In this document: positions 17,795 through 27,812 of the stretch, in pieces
Numbering within the stretch: the first letter of the stretch is position 1
Layout of the letters: each line of letters opens with the position of its first letter
DNA from: a virus
Lineage: Duplodnaviria > Caudoviricetes
IMG/VR virus record: IMGVR_UViG_3300015607_004160
Length of the DNA stretch: 64,000 nucleotides
Strand: one strand, 5' to 3'
Position numbers and translations under genes: made by a program
The notes under the pieces: model-generated
What the model saw: the letters and a program-made list of their open reading frames with translations, nothing else
What the model was told of the DNA's origin: nothing
Databases searched by the model: none

Positions 17795-18508
17795 ATGAGA
17801 AAAAACAAACACTTTGAAAAAGAGAAGGAATTCATTCGCCTTCAGAAGCAACTTGCTAAAAATTGGGAAACACAAAGGAGTTTAGGTTGGTCTGAACTTA
17901 CTGAGCCCAAATTTATTGGATACAATGCTTATCTTGAACCAAGACAAGATATACAAAATCGTGATGATGCTTGGGTATTCTGGTATATCTGCCAAAACTT
18001 CGGAACAAAAACATTTGCTAAAAAAATTGAACTTTTTGATTGGGAAAGGAAAGGTAAATCTATATACAAAACAATGATTTATCATATGCCTCGCATACAT
18101 GGAATTAATGAATGGACTTATCTTAATCTTCCTCCACAAATAAAAAAATGGTTTACTGATGAGATTCCATTCCATGTACATGGATGGAACAGACATTCAA
18201 AATCTTACTATTGTAAAATACCAAATTTTTACTTTGATATCAAATATGAAAAAGAGTATAAAACTAAAGTAAAAATTTACAGCACTATTCTCGAACAAGA
18301 AGAAGCTGAAATTGAATACATTCTTGATACTAAGTTTTACCATGAATGTAAAAATTACAGAAGACATAGAAAAGCGCCCAAACATTTCAGAAAATTTTTA
18401 AATAGATCACAAAGAGCTAAGTCTAAACAAACTCTTTTTAATATAATGGATGGAAAAGACTGTGAATTTGAGGATAATTACAGTGGGGCAGATTGGTTAT
18501 GGGATTAA
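17795..18508 (+). CDS. basic hypothetical protein
   Basis: 237-aa ORF. Confidence 0.75.
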   Translation: MRKNKHFEKEKEFIRLQKQLAKNWETQRSLGWSELTEPKFIGYNAYLEPRQDIQNRDDAWVFWYICQNFGTKTFAKKIELFDWERKGKSIYKTMIYHMPRIHGINEWTYLNLPPQIKKWFTDEIPFHVHGWNRHSKSYYCKIPNFYFDIKYEKEYKTKVKIYSTILEQEEAEIEYILDTKFYHECKNYRRHRKAPKHFRKFLNRSQRAKSKQTLFNIMDGKDCEFEDNYSGADWLWD

Positions 18509-18521
18509 AAAATTTTTAACT

Positions 18522-18744
18522 ATGAAAATAGTTTGCATAAGTAAAAAATTACCGGGTAGAACAAAAGAAGAGTATCTATATCTAGCCATAGGTAAAATAT
18601 ACGACTGCCTAAATAAATCAATTTAAAGATGATCCAATGATTAAAATAAAAGATGATAATGGAGAAGTTGTCTACTATCATAAAAAATGTTTTGAAACAT
18701 TGGAAATCAATAGATATGAAAAACTTAATGAGTTAGGGATTTAA
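18522..18744 (+). pseudogene. frameshifted small gene with C-terminal RDxK-type motif
   Basis: MKIVCI..LAIGKIYDCL stops at 18626; the +1 frame continues INQFKDDPMIKIKDDNGEVVYYHKKCFETLEINRYEKLNELGI*. Confidence 0.6.
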
Positions 18745-18760
18745 TTAGTATCTTTGTAAT

Positions 18761-19258
18761 ATGTTAAAAGTAGGTGATATATATTATCTTTCTGACCAGT
18801 TTGGCCCTAAATTTGTCAAAATTATTATGATTGGTGATATCCATGAAAAAAATGATAATTGGGTCTACTTTTATAAATCTACTTGGCTTAATAATATTGT
18901 TAAAGTTAGTTATCCTGAAAATGGTCTTGGAAACCTTGGTTGTGATAAATCACAAGTAAAAAAATGGCATTTTGAAAAACTACTTGATAGGTTTACTTAT
19001 ACTTCAAGCTTTAAAGGATGTATTAAAATTAATGGTGAAATAGTTCAAGCAATTAAAGATAATAGAGAGTCAGACATAATTAAATTAATTAAGAATGACC
19101 CAAATATATATCCATATATGGAAGTGATTCGTGGTGATAGATGTTTACTTCAACATGACGAAAAATTAGTCGATTTTGATAAATGTGATATAATCACTTG
19201 TAAAAAAATTTCAAAACAAGACTTCAGAAATATAAAATTAAATAAGATATTAGAATAA
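18761..19258 (+). CDS. hypothetical protein with C-terminal RDxK-type motif
   Basis: TATCTTTG at 18749-18756; ends FRNIKLNKILE. Confidence 0.7.
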   Translation: MLKVGDIYYLSDQFGPKFVKIIMIGDIHEKNDNWVYFYKSTWLNNIVKVSYPENGLGNLGCDKSQVKKWHFEKLLDRFTYTSSFKGCIKINGEIVQAIKDNRESDIIKLIKNDPNIYPYMEVIRGDRCLLQHDEKLVDFDKCDIITCKKISKQDFRNIKLNKILE

Positions 19259-20752
19259 TTCTTCTTCTAATTGTTTTATTTCATCTAATACCGCTTTTAA
19301 TTCTTCCTTTCTATTCATCATTATCTTCTTATTCTTTTTCCTATCATCATAAACATCCTTCAACATTTTTATTGTTGGGGATTCTCTTTTTAAGAAAACA
19401 GCGTTATTAGCACAAATAACATGATTAATTGGGTCTATAGGAAGTCCATTATCACAATATTCCGGATTCTTATCATCTTTTATTCCAATAAAATTTTCAG
19501 GTGCAATATAGAACTGCCGTTGTGTTGTTGGATAAAGACTAGCGAAGTCATAAATTGCACACCATTGATTCATACCAACAATTGGATCTTTAACCCATCC
19601 ACCAGCAATACCATGACCGCCATTACTAGATTCATCCTTTTCAGGTCTAAATAGGACTATGTTATCTTGTTCTCTAAATCTATTTCTTAAAACTCCCTCT
19701 GTAATAGCAAGTGATCCTAAAGCATTATTCATTTGAGAAATAACATCAACAATTTTAATCTTTGCTAATGAAGAAATCGCATATATAATTGAGATATAGT
19801 TTCGGGCTTCATGTATTTTTTGAACAAGAACAGAGTCAACTGCATTATAATACATAAATGTCTCAAAATCCTCTTCATATAGTTTTTGTAATGATCCAGT
19901 ATATTTAATCTTCTCAACACCAACCAACTTATTAGAAACAAAGTCTAATGATGATGATTCTTTTACCTTAATTGAAGTATCACATATTTCATAAAGTTGC
20001 ATGTAATCAAATATCATTCTATGTGCAGGAATTTCCTCTGTAGAATTCCAAACCTTATTTAGCCTCTTTGTTGGAGAAGAAACCGCTGGATTTATGGAAT
20101 ATTCTTTACCATTAAAATTCTTCTTAAGCTTTTTACTTCTATTAACCAAGTAAACCCAGTCATAATTAATAAAGTTCCAACCAGTAATGATCGGCATCTT
20201 AATTGTCATTTTATTGAAGAATGCATATAACATATCAAATTCATCATCATATTTGATGTATTTAAATTTATAATCAGAATTAAATTTCTCAAAATACTTA
20301 TTCGTATTAGTTCTAATTCTTTCCTGCATATCCTCCGGCATATCTCTTAGACCCAATAAAATAATTTTATCCTCATAAACGATTGATATAGATAAAACTC
20401 TAGTAGGAGCTGTTTCAGCATCAGGAAATCCATCCACGATTTCGGTTTCAATATCGACAAAGTATATACCAGGTAGATTATATTCAAATATTTCTTCTTT
20501 TTCTGAATCTGGAAGTTGGTCTAAAAATTCATAAATGGCATATCTATCCGGGTGTGTTACTTCAATTAGTTTAACATGCTTACCATCCCATGATTTATAT
20601 AGTGGGTGCGCATCCTTATCATTTTCATCACAAACAACATATTTTTGTGGATTATCCCACTCATAATATTTAAGCTTGATATCACCTGATTTATCTACAT
20701 AACTAACAACCAATCTTTTAGTATTGGTTAAATATTGAGTATCGACTAACAT
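19250..20752 (-). CDS. family-B DNA polymerase, N-terminal subunit (3'-5' exonuclease + motif A)
   Basis: ExoI DIETE, ExoII GWNFINYD, ExoIII YNAVD, motif A DFASLYP; ends in the fingers helix with no NSxYG or YGDTDS. Confidence 0.85.
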   Translation of the reverse strand: MLVDTQYLTNTKRLVVSYVDKSGDIKLKYYEWDNPQKYVVCDENDKDAHPLYKSWDGKHVKLIEVTHPDRYAIYEFLDQLPDSEKEEIFEYNLPGIYFVDIETEIVDGFPDAETAPTRVLSISIVYEDKIILLGLRDMPEDMQERIRTNTNKYFEKFNSDYKFKYIKYDDEFDMLYAFFNKMTIKMPIITGWNFINYDWVYLVNRSKKLKKNFNGKEYSINPAVSSPTKRLNKVWNSTEEIPAHRMIFDYMQLYEICDTSIKVKESSSLDFVSNKLVGVEKIKYTGSLQKLYEEDFETFMYYNAVDSVLVQKIHEARNYISIIYAISSLAKIKIVDVISQMNNALGSLAITEGVLRNRFREQDNIVLFRPEKDESSNGGHGIAGGWVKDPIVGMNQWCAIYDFASLYPTTQRQFYIAPENFIGIKDDKNPEYCDNGLPIDPINHVICANNAVFLKRESPTIKMLKDVYDDRKKNKKIMMNRKEELKAVLDEIKQLEEELF

Positions 20753-21000
20753 TCTACTATTTTATTTATTTTTATATCTCTCATTTCTTCTTTTGTGTAA
20801 AAATAATCATATAGGTATGGTCTGATTGTTCCCCCTCTGGTATCATCAAATGGTATAATATTTTGGTTATCTTTACTATATTCTTTATCAGATACAAAGT
20901 GATTTAATCCTTGAAAGTTGCTCCAATAGAAATACATTTCTCCTTCTATATAATCAAATCCAAGTGCTCTAAAGCTTTTTTTACACATTAATTTTTCCAT
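20746..21000 (-). CDS. hypothetical protein with C-terminal RDxK-type motif
   Basis: Ends MRDIKINKIVEC. Confidence 0.7.
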   Translation of the reverse strand: MEKLMCKKSFRALGFDYIEGEMYFYWSNFQGLNHFVSDKEYSKDNQNIIPFDDTRGGTIRPYLYDYFYTKEEMRDIKINKIVEC

Positions 21001-21002
21001 AA

Positions 21003-21530
21003 TTAGAAACTTACATCATAATATTCGAATTCTTTACCCTTTGAATTCACAAATAATAATTCATCTCTTTTAACTAAATTAAATTCAAAATATTTACTTG
21101 TTCTGAAGAGAGATCTGATAAATGGTATATCTTCACTATCAGTATTAATTCTATCGGAATCAACCATTAAGCAAAGAACCTTTTTATCATCCTCTGTGCT
21201 ATAGTTAACAATTTCATCTTGTGAATCTCTATCTACACCTTTTTTAGAATAGCATATAAATTTTGTTTCAAGTTCCTCACCAGATGGAATATGTTTAATT
21301 TTGATAACATCATCTGGCATGCAAGATTTATCCTCATTATTTAGATAAACTCTTATCCAAAAGAATACCTTTTGTTTTTCTGCAATTTTTGTTCTTGGTT
21401 TAAAATCACCCTTAGAAAAATCAATCTTTTCTACATCAATTGATTTAATTTCCTCGACTAAGGTATCTTGATATCCTTGTGATTTTTTATTGTCTAATAT
21501 TTCTTTTCTACTTGGAAAAATGTCATCCAT
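21003..21530 (-). CDS. hypothetical protein
   Basis: 175-aa ORF. Confidence 0.7.
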   Translation of the reverse strand: MDDIFPSRKEILDNKKSQGYQDTLVEEIKSIDVEKIDFSKGDFKPRTKIAEKQKVFFWIRVYLNNEDKSCMPDDVIKIKHIPSGEELETKFICYSKKGVDRDSQDEIVNYSTEDDKKVLCLMVDSDRINTDSEDIPFIRSLFRTSKYFEFNLVKRDELLFVNSKGKEFEYYDVSF

Positions 21531-21568
21531 ATTTATTAATAATTTTTAATTTATATGGATTATATATG

Positions 21569-23518
21569 TTATTGTTTAAATTGGCTATAATTAGATAGAT
21601 AATAGTAAAATATGTAAGCTTCTTTCATATTTGAATTTATAATTCTTTGTATTAATCTTTCACAAGTCCCTGCTATTGAATAAGCAATTTGTTTTGCTTT
21701 TTCTGGATCTATGTCTTTATGATTTTCTACTACCTTGCCTATTATTGTATTCAAGTCATCTCCTCTATAAATATTTGATAAATACTTTCCATTAATTATA
21801 GGATTAAGTGAGAAGTATTTTACCTCATCTTTATAATTTACAACCTCAGGCCACCCAATTCTATTTTTTAAAAGTTCAAATACCTGATCAAATTCTGATT
21901 CTATCAGTTTTCTATATTCTTCCATAATTTTATCATGATCACCATTAAATTTCTCATATAGCTCATTATTAGTTCTATAAAAGTCATTTAGTCTAAGTAA
22001 ATCATTTGCCTCATTGAGCTCTGTAATTTTCAAATCAATATATTTCTTATCAACACCCTCTATGGAATTTAATTTTTCCATAAATTCCTTATACCTAACA
22101 TTTCTATAAACATTTTGATAGTAGTTACGTTTTGATTCTACATCAAAATGTTCTGACAATTTGAATCCAAATACTTTAGAATCTATTTCTGGTGATGCAA
22201 AGTAGGATGACTTATAGATTTTCTTATAATCTTCTTCTGATTCTTCTAAAATAGTATAAACAAAGACAGCTTTGCTTTTTAAATAATATAATCCGTTATG
22301 TTCAAATAGTAATTCCTTTAAGTAATAATTTCCAGTGAGCTCATCAGCCTCATATACTTCTCGATATTTACTATCATCTGGATACCAATCTCTATTTTTA
22401 CCATTGTCATCCATAAAAACTTCAATAGCATCTCTTGAGTCTAAATAGTCATTAATAGCTTTTGATTTAACTGCATTATCTGCATATAAATGTGAGTCAT
22501 AATAATCACTCCAAACAGTCATATGTTCAGGCAAATAGCTACGTAATTTCTCAGACCAAACACATTCATCTTCTGGCCATGACTCATCTATATATTCACA
22601 ATATCTTTGATCTTGCCTATCGGCACTACCATCAGTTTCTTGTAAATAAAATAATTTTTTTCTATCTACGTTATTAGGTTCATAATTATATAATTTTTGT
22701 TCACCAGCATGAAAGTAAACAAACGAATCCATGTAAGGATATTCACCATAGTCTGATGTTGGTCCCAATTTAATTTCAAATCTACCCCTACTTGTAAAAA
22801 AAACAACATTTTTATCTTTGAATTTCTCCTTTACCCATGACTGTAACAATCCAGTATCCGAATCGTTTGTATAGTAAACCCTATCCAAATAAATCGAATT
22901 ATCTGTTGTTTCCCATAATAAGGCTCTTGATAGAAGTTTATTTTTTTCATCTACTTGTATTACTAATTTACAAACATCTGGATTTTTAACGTAGATATTA
23001 AGATAACCCTGAGCCTCTTCATATCTCATACAAGATTTTCCTAAACTTCCCTTACCCCTTCTAGTGTCTATACAATATCTCTCATCAAAGTACCAATATC
23101 TAATATCCTCACCACTAACTATTCTTATTGAATCCTCTTGTGTATTAATTTTATCATAAGCCGCTTTAAATCCATTAACAAAATTCTCCATTTCTTTATC
23201 CGTTTTACTAATTCCATTATCATTTAATATTGAACGACATATTCTACCAATAGAAGTTGTGTTAGCTTTACTTAAAAATAAAGCTGGTAAATTTATAGAT
23301 TTTAGTTTTGTAGTTGCCTGATTATCAGGTATAAATGAAACAGTATCATTTTTATCTGTTGTCTTAAGTATATTATAGTTGGTCTTAATATCTTTATCAA
23401 TTAATGATAGTAAATCTTTAGCTGTTGGATCACTCATGGATGATAAAACAGTCTTAAATTCATCAGATGTATGTAAAATAGACTCTAACAAAAAATCACT
23501 ATATGTCTTTAATTTCAC
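21569..23518 (-). CDS. SCM-motif family protein 1, CTS-like N-terminus
   Basis: MKLKTYSDFLLES; GSLGKSCMR, RALLW, YLDRVYY, YPYMDSF. Confidence 0.8.
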   Translation of the reverse strand: MKLKTYSDFLLESILHTSDEFKTVLSSMSDPTAKDLLSLIDKDIKTNYNILKTTDKNDTVSFIPDNQATTKLKSINLPALFLSKANTTSIGRICRSILNDNGISKTDKEMENFVNGFKAAYDKINTQEDSIRIVSGEDIRYWYFDERYCIDTRRGKGSLGKSCMRYEEAQGYLNIYVKNPDVCKLVIQVDEKNKLLSRALLWETTDNSIYLDRVYYTNDSDTGLLQSWVKEKFKDKNVVFFTSRGRFEIKLGPTSDYGEYPYMDSFVYFHAGEQKLYNYEPNNVDRKKLFYLQETDGSADRQDQRYCEYIDESWPEDECVWSEKLRSYLPEHMTVWSDYYDSHLYADNAVKSKAINDYLDSRDAIEVFMDDNGKNRDWYPDDSKYREVYEADELTGNYYLKELLFEHNGLYYLKSKAVFVYTILEESEEDYKKIYKSSYFASPEIDSKVFGFKLSEHFDVESKRNYYQNVYRNVRYKEFMEKLNSIEGVDKKYIDLKITELNEANDLLRLNDFYRTNNELYEKFNGDHDKIMEEYRKLIESEFDQVFELLKNRIGWPEVVNYKDEVKYFSLNPIINGKYLSNIYRGDDLNTIIGKVVENHKDIDPEKAKQIAYSIAGTCERLIQRIINSNMKEAYIFYYYLSNYSQFKQ

Positions 23519-23533
23519 TTTTAAGTTGTATGG

Positions 23534-23553
23534 TTTTAATATATATATTAAAA
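23534..23553. promoter_or_regulatory. bidirectional palindromic TAATATATA promoter
   Basis: TTTTAATATATATATTAAAA between divergent genes. Confidence 0.65.
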
Positions 23554-23560
23554 TTTAACA

Positions 23561-24331
23561 GTGAATATGATATCCAAATTTCTAGAATTTAAAGACGAGT
23601 CTGCACAAGCTCAACCAGAAGAGTTTAAGCCTATTAAGTCTTTTTATCTAAAAGATGAATTAAATTCTAAAATATGGACTGATTTTGAGATTAATGATGA
23701 GGTTAGAGAAAAATTATCACAAATCGCCAATGATTATATAGAGCATATGGATATTGGTGATATAGAAATTAAGGATATTATATTAACCGGATCATTAGCA
23801 AATTACAACTGGAGTGAATATTCCGACTTTGATTTGCATGTGCTTTTTGACTTTACTCAAATAAATGATGATATTGAATTAGTTGGTAAGTATTTAGCAG
23901 CCGCTGGCAAATTATGGAATGAGGAACATGACATTTTAATTTTAGGATATGAAGTAGAGTTATATTCACAAGATACAAGTGAGGAACATATATCAAGTGG
24001 TCAATTTTCAATATTGAATAATAAATGGATTAAAAAGCCAACTAAAGAAGACTTTGAACCAGATGAAGATTTAATAAAGAAAAAAGCTGGTATGATAATG
24101 GATCGAATTGATGATTTAGAAATAGATTATGAAAATCACTTTTCATATAGTGTGCTTTCTGAAAAAATTAAAAAGGTGTGGAAAAAGGTTAAAGATAATA
24201 GGCAAAAAGGATTAGATAAAGAAGGGGAATTTTCTATTGAAAATTTGGTATTTAAGTTAATGAGAAGAAATGGATATATTAAAAAATTAATAGACTTGAG
24301 AAATAAAGTCTATGATAAACAATTTAAATAA
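23561..24331 (+). CDS. Pol-beta superfamily nucleotidyltransferase
   Basis: LTGSLANYNW..SDFDLH and third acidic residue in VELY; MISKFLEF leader. Confidence 0.75.
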   Translation: MNMISKFLEFKDESAQAQPEEFKPIKSFYLKDELNSKIWTDFEINDEVREKLSQIANDYIEHMDIGDIEIKDIILTGSLANYNWSEYSDFDLHVLFDFTQINDDIELVGKYLAAAGKLWNEEHDILILGYEVELYSQDTSEEHISSGQFSILNNKWIKKPTKEDFEPDEDLIKKKAGMIMDRIDDLEIDYENHFSYSVLSEKIKKVWKKVKDNRQKGLDKEGEFSIENLVFKLMRRNGYIKKLIDLRNKVYDKQFK

Positions 24332-24333
24332 TT

Positions 24334-25026
24334 ATGGCAAGCATAAGAATCGCAGAAATAGAAGAAGTTTTTAAAGAAATATTTGATGAAGAAGAAGGAA
24401 AGGTAAGCTCAGTAGAAACTGTTTATGAAGAGTCTGACAATGAGGATTATTATAAGCTCGTTGTATCTATACATAATCTTTCTATAAAAGAAACTCTTAT
24501 TATACATACAAAATTTATCTTTAAAACAGACAAACATAAACATTTTGTTACAGATGAATCTTTTATTTATCTATATGATATTAATTGTGTTTATCATAAA
24601 GTAGATTTTGAAAATATTGTTGATTTGAAAGATAAAATTGAAAATATTGTTGAGTCTAATAATTTTGGACTTGATATTCAAATATTATCTGATTTTATTG
24701 AAGCCCCAGCTATGTTTTTAAATTATTATATGAAAAAATCAAATATTACTGATTATTCAATATTTGATGTAACATATGATCCAAAATTCAAAACTGTTCC
24801 TTGTGATCAAGTTACTTTTGATTTTGATATTAATATCAATAATAATTATACAATAAATTTATCAATTAAGAAACTGGATAGAAAAGAGGATGAAGATTAT
24901 GATACATATAAACTTCATTTCACTTTCTTAGATGACCATGAAACTGTTGAAGTCGATACTCTTAAGAATATTCACTTTACAATAGGTTCAACCATAGCTA
25001 AAATGTTAGATGAAAAATTAAAATGA
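24334..25026 (+). CDS. hypothetical protein
   Basis: 230-aa acidic ORF. Confidence 0.75.
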   Translation: MASIRIAEIEEVFKEIFDEEEGKVSSVETVYEESDNEDYYKLVVSIHNLSIKETLIIHTKFIFKTDKHKHFVTDESFIYLYDINCVYHKVDFENIVDLKDKIENIVESNNFGLDIQILSDFIEAPAMFLNYYMKKSNITDYSIFDVTYDPKFKTVPCDQVTFDFDININNNYTINLSIKKLDRKEDEDYDTYKLHFTFLDDHETVEVDTLKNIHFTIGSTIAKMLDEKLK

Positions 25027-25751
25027 TAACTAAATTTGATCAATTTTATAATATAAATGAGAATTGGCAATCCGAATTAAAAGAGGGTGCTATAGAGTTA
25101 ATAAAAGACCATATAACCCCCGATGAAATTGAGGATTATTTTTTGGATCTAAGAGATATTGGATTTACATTTAATACAGATTTGCTAATTGGATATGGTG
25201 AAAAAAATAGTTTTAGAATAGTTGATCAAAAAAGAGATATAGTTCAAAATCAATGCTACCCTTGTTATAGAGTTAGGGTAAATAAAGATATAACGTCTTC
25301 AAATACACTCAATAGTACAAAAAAGAAGTTAGAATTTTTTACTAATGTTGTGAACAAATACCAGTTAGCCTTTGATAGAATATCATCTATACATGATACA
25401 GAAGTAGTTGCTGAACAGTGTGATATAAATAACAATGGCATTAGACTTGAGTTTAAGTTAAAGATAAATGTTGAAATACCTAAAAATTATGGGGAAATCA
25501 GCCCGAAAAGAAAAGCATTAATAGAAAGAAAAATGCCTTATACTAGGGTTATGAGTATATTAACTAATAATAAAATATTTAATATTATCAAAGGTGTTCA
25601 AGATAAGTCAATAACATTTGAAGTAGATTATGATAATCCGGACGCAGATAGAATTGTCAGAAGCATTTTTCGCCTTTTTAATAATTCAATTCAGTTAAGA
25701 AAAATAGAGGATAAGAGATATGAAATTACTATATTAAAAAATAATATATAG
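25023..25751 (+). CDS. hypothetical protein, CTS-like N-terminus
   Basis: MITKFDQFYNINE; IEDYFLDLRD motif. Confidence 0.75.
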   Translation: MITKFDQFYNINENWQSELKEGAIELIKDHITPDEIEDYFLDLRDIGFTFNTDLLIGYGEKNSFRIVDQKRDIVQNQCYPCYRVRVNKDITSSNTLNSTKKKLEFFTNVVNKYQLAFDRISSIHDTEVVAEQCDINNNGIRLEFKLKINVEIPKNYGEISPKRKALIERKMPYTRVMSILTNNKIFNIIKGVQDKSITFEVDYDNPDADRIVRSIFRLFNNSIQLRKIEDKRYEITILKNNI

Positions 25752-25772
25752 TTTATAAAATAAAAAATTATT

Positions 25773-26270
25773 ATGCCATATAATCCAAATGATCCAAATT
25801 TTCAAACAAAAAATTCGAGAGTTCTTAGTTTTAATGACTTTGAAGAAAATATTGGCAAAGAAAAGGAAGAATTAAAAAAGGTTAATAGATCTTTTAAAAA
25901 ACCCGATTCTGAGATAAATCAAACTCCAGGTAATCCTAAATTTAAATATAATAAGGTTACACATAAGATCGACACTTTATCTAAAGCTGAAGTGGAAGAT
26001 GATCTTGATGCTATTGAGGACATGGGAGTTAAAGATAAAGGACACAAATACAAAATTGTTGAGGATTTAGAAACTGGTGGTGATCCAGATAATTACATGT
26101 TCTTTTCAAATTTGGAAACAATTAAAAGATTATCTGAAATGTTGTTAAATATGGATAGAGATAAAATTGATCAAGTTCTAAATGAACATGATTGGGCTTC
26201 AGACCATATAGCAACTTCAAAAGATGATATTGAAGAAGTATTTAACTTCTTTGCATCAAAAAAAGACTAA
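25773..26270 (+). CDS. hypothetical protein
   Basis: TAATATATA at 25742-25750; VLSFNDFEEN near N-terminus. Confidence 0.75.
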   Translation: MPYNPNDPNFQTKNSRVLSFNDFEENIGKEKEELKKVNRSFKKPDSEINQTPGNPKFKYNKVTHKIDTLSKAEVEDDLDAIEDMGVKDKGHKYKIVEDLETGGDPDNYMFFSNLETIKRLSEMLLNMDRDKIDQVLNEHDWASDHIATSKDDIEEVFNFFASKKD

Positions 26271-26276
26271 ATAATA

Positions 26277-27812
26277 ATGAAAATGTTATCTAAATATGAT
26301 GATTTTATACTTGAGCAGGCATTAACGATGATTAATGAATCAGAAATTGTCTATTCTCAAAAATTTAGAAATTTATTAAAAGGAATTGATTCACCTGTTG
26401 CTAAATCATTAGTTGATATAGAATCAAAGGATTTAAAAGTTCCTTCTAACTATTTTGATATTGCTGATAATAAAGACACTATATCTTTTATAGCGGATAG
26501 AAAAGCTCAAGAAATTTTAGGCGAGTCTAAAGGTAAATATGTACTTTATAAAAATGGTCCTATATTAACACATAATATAGAACAAAATGGTAGAATATTT
26601 GATTTATTAGGATATATTCCTAAAGGTGATACTGGATATAAGCCAGAAGATGAAGAAAGGGGAGAAATAATTAAAAAAGCAATATCTCCGAGTAGTGGGA
26701 AAACCTACTTATATGTTAAGTTTGAAGATGGTGAGTGTGTAATAAATGAGCAAAACATCACTTATGATGAAAATACAGAGGTATGGTCTAAAAATAGACA
26801 ATCGGTTCGAACTGGTAGAGGAATAAGAGCATTATTAGCTGCATCTGGATCTTCATTTAAAGATGCTGAAATTGAAGACTTTGTCAATAAATACAAATCA
26901 GCCTATGATAGAATGAATGATATTTTTAGAAGCTTCGAGTTGGTCTCTGGTGATGATATCGGACACTTTTATAACTCTAAAAATTATTTACATGGAACAA
27001 ATAGAGGAACATTAGGAAATTCGTGTATGGCAACTGTCCCTGTATCATTTTTTCAAATTTATACAAAAAATCCAGAGGTTTGTAGTTTATTAATACTTAG
27101 AAGTGATGATAATCCGGATAAAATAAAAGGTAGAGCACTTGTTTGGAAATTAAGTGATCCTGAAATAATATTTATGGATAGAATCTACACACAAGATGAC
27201 TCTGATGTACAATTATTTAAAGATTATGCAAAGTCTAAAAAATGGTTTAGTAAAAAAAGAAACGATAGTAGTCCTGAAGGAACAGTAATATCTCCAGAAG
27301 GAAAAGAAATTTACCATGATGAACTATCCGTTAAAATTAATAATAGTATTGTTTATACAAAATTTCCTTATGTAGATACATTAAAAAATTTTGATAGCGA
27401 TAATGGTATATTAAGCACCGATGATATTCGTGGATCAAAATGCTTAGAAAGTACCAGTGGTGGATATGAAGGGTCAAATAATGACTGTGATAGATGTGAT
27501 GGAGAGGGAAGAATTGAATGTTATGAATGTGATGGTGAAGGTAGAGTTGAGTGTTCCGAATGTGATGGCAATCGAACAGTTGATTGTAGAGACTGTGATG
27601 GAGAGGGTAAAGTTGATTGTGACTCATGTGATGGCGAAGGTGTGGATGACGATGGTGTAAAATGTGAAGATTGTAAAGGTAAGGGTAAAGTTGATTGTGA
27701 TGAATGTAGTGGTGGAGGTGAAGTTGATTGCTCCGAATGTGATGGCCGTGGAAGGCATACATGTAACCGTTGTGATGGTGACGGTATGATAAATTGCCCA
27801 GATTGTAACTAA
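26277..27812 (+). CDS. SCM-motif family protein 2 with C-terminal CxxCxGxG zinc-finger array
   Basis: GTLGNSCMA, RALVW, MDRIY, FPYVDT; about 9-10 DnaJ-like CxxCxGxG repeats. Confidence 0.8.
   Translation: MKMLSKYDDFILEQALTMINESEIVYSQKFRNLLKGIDSPVAKSLVDIESKDLKVPSNYFDIADNKDTISFIADRKAQEILGESKGKYVLYKNGPILTHNIEQNGRIFDLLGYIPKGDTGYKPEDEERGEIIKKAISPSSGKTYLYVKFEDGECVINEQNITYDENTEVWSKNRQSVRTGRGIRALLAASGSSFKDAEIEDFVNKYKSAYDRMNDIFRSFELVSGDDIGHFYNSKNYLHGTNRGTLGNSCMATVPVSFFQIYTKNPEVCSLLILRSDDNPDKIKGRALVWKLSDPEIIFMDRIYTQDDSDVQLFKDYAKSKKWFSKKRNDSSPEGTVISPEGKEIYHDELSVKINNSIVYTKFPYVDTLKNFDSDNGILSTDDIRGSKCLESTSGGYEGSNNDCDRCDGEGRIECYECDGEGRVECSECDGNRTVDCRDCDGEGKVDCDSCDGEGVDDDGVKCEDCKGKGKVDCDECSGGGEVDCSECDGRGRHTCNRCDGDGMINCPDCN

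Noticed and set aside
27337-27762. His-rich 141-aa minus-strand ORF
   Set aside because: Antisense shadow of the TGTGATGG-type codons of the CxxCxGxG array.
27481-27812. DnaJ chaperone
   Set aside because: Only the zinc-finger repeats are present; there is no J-domain HPD motif.
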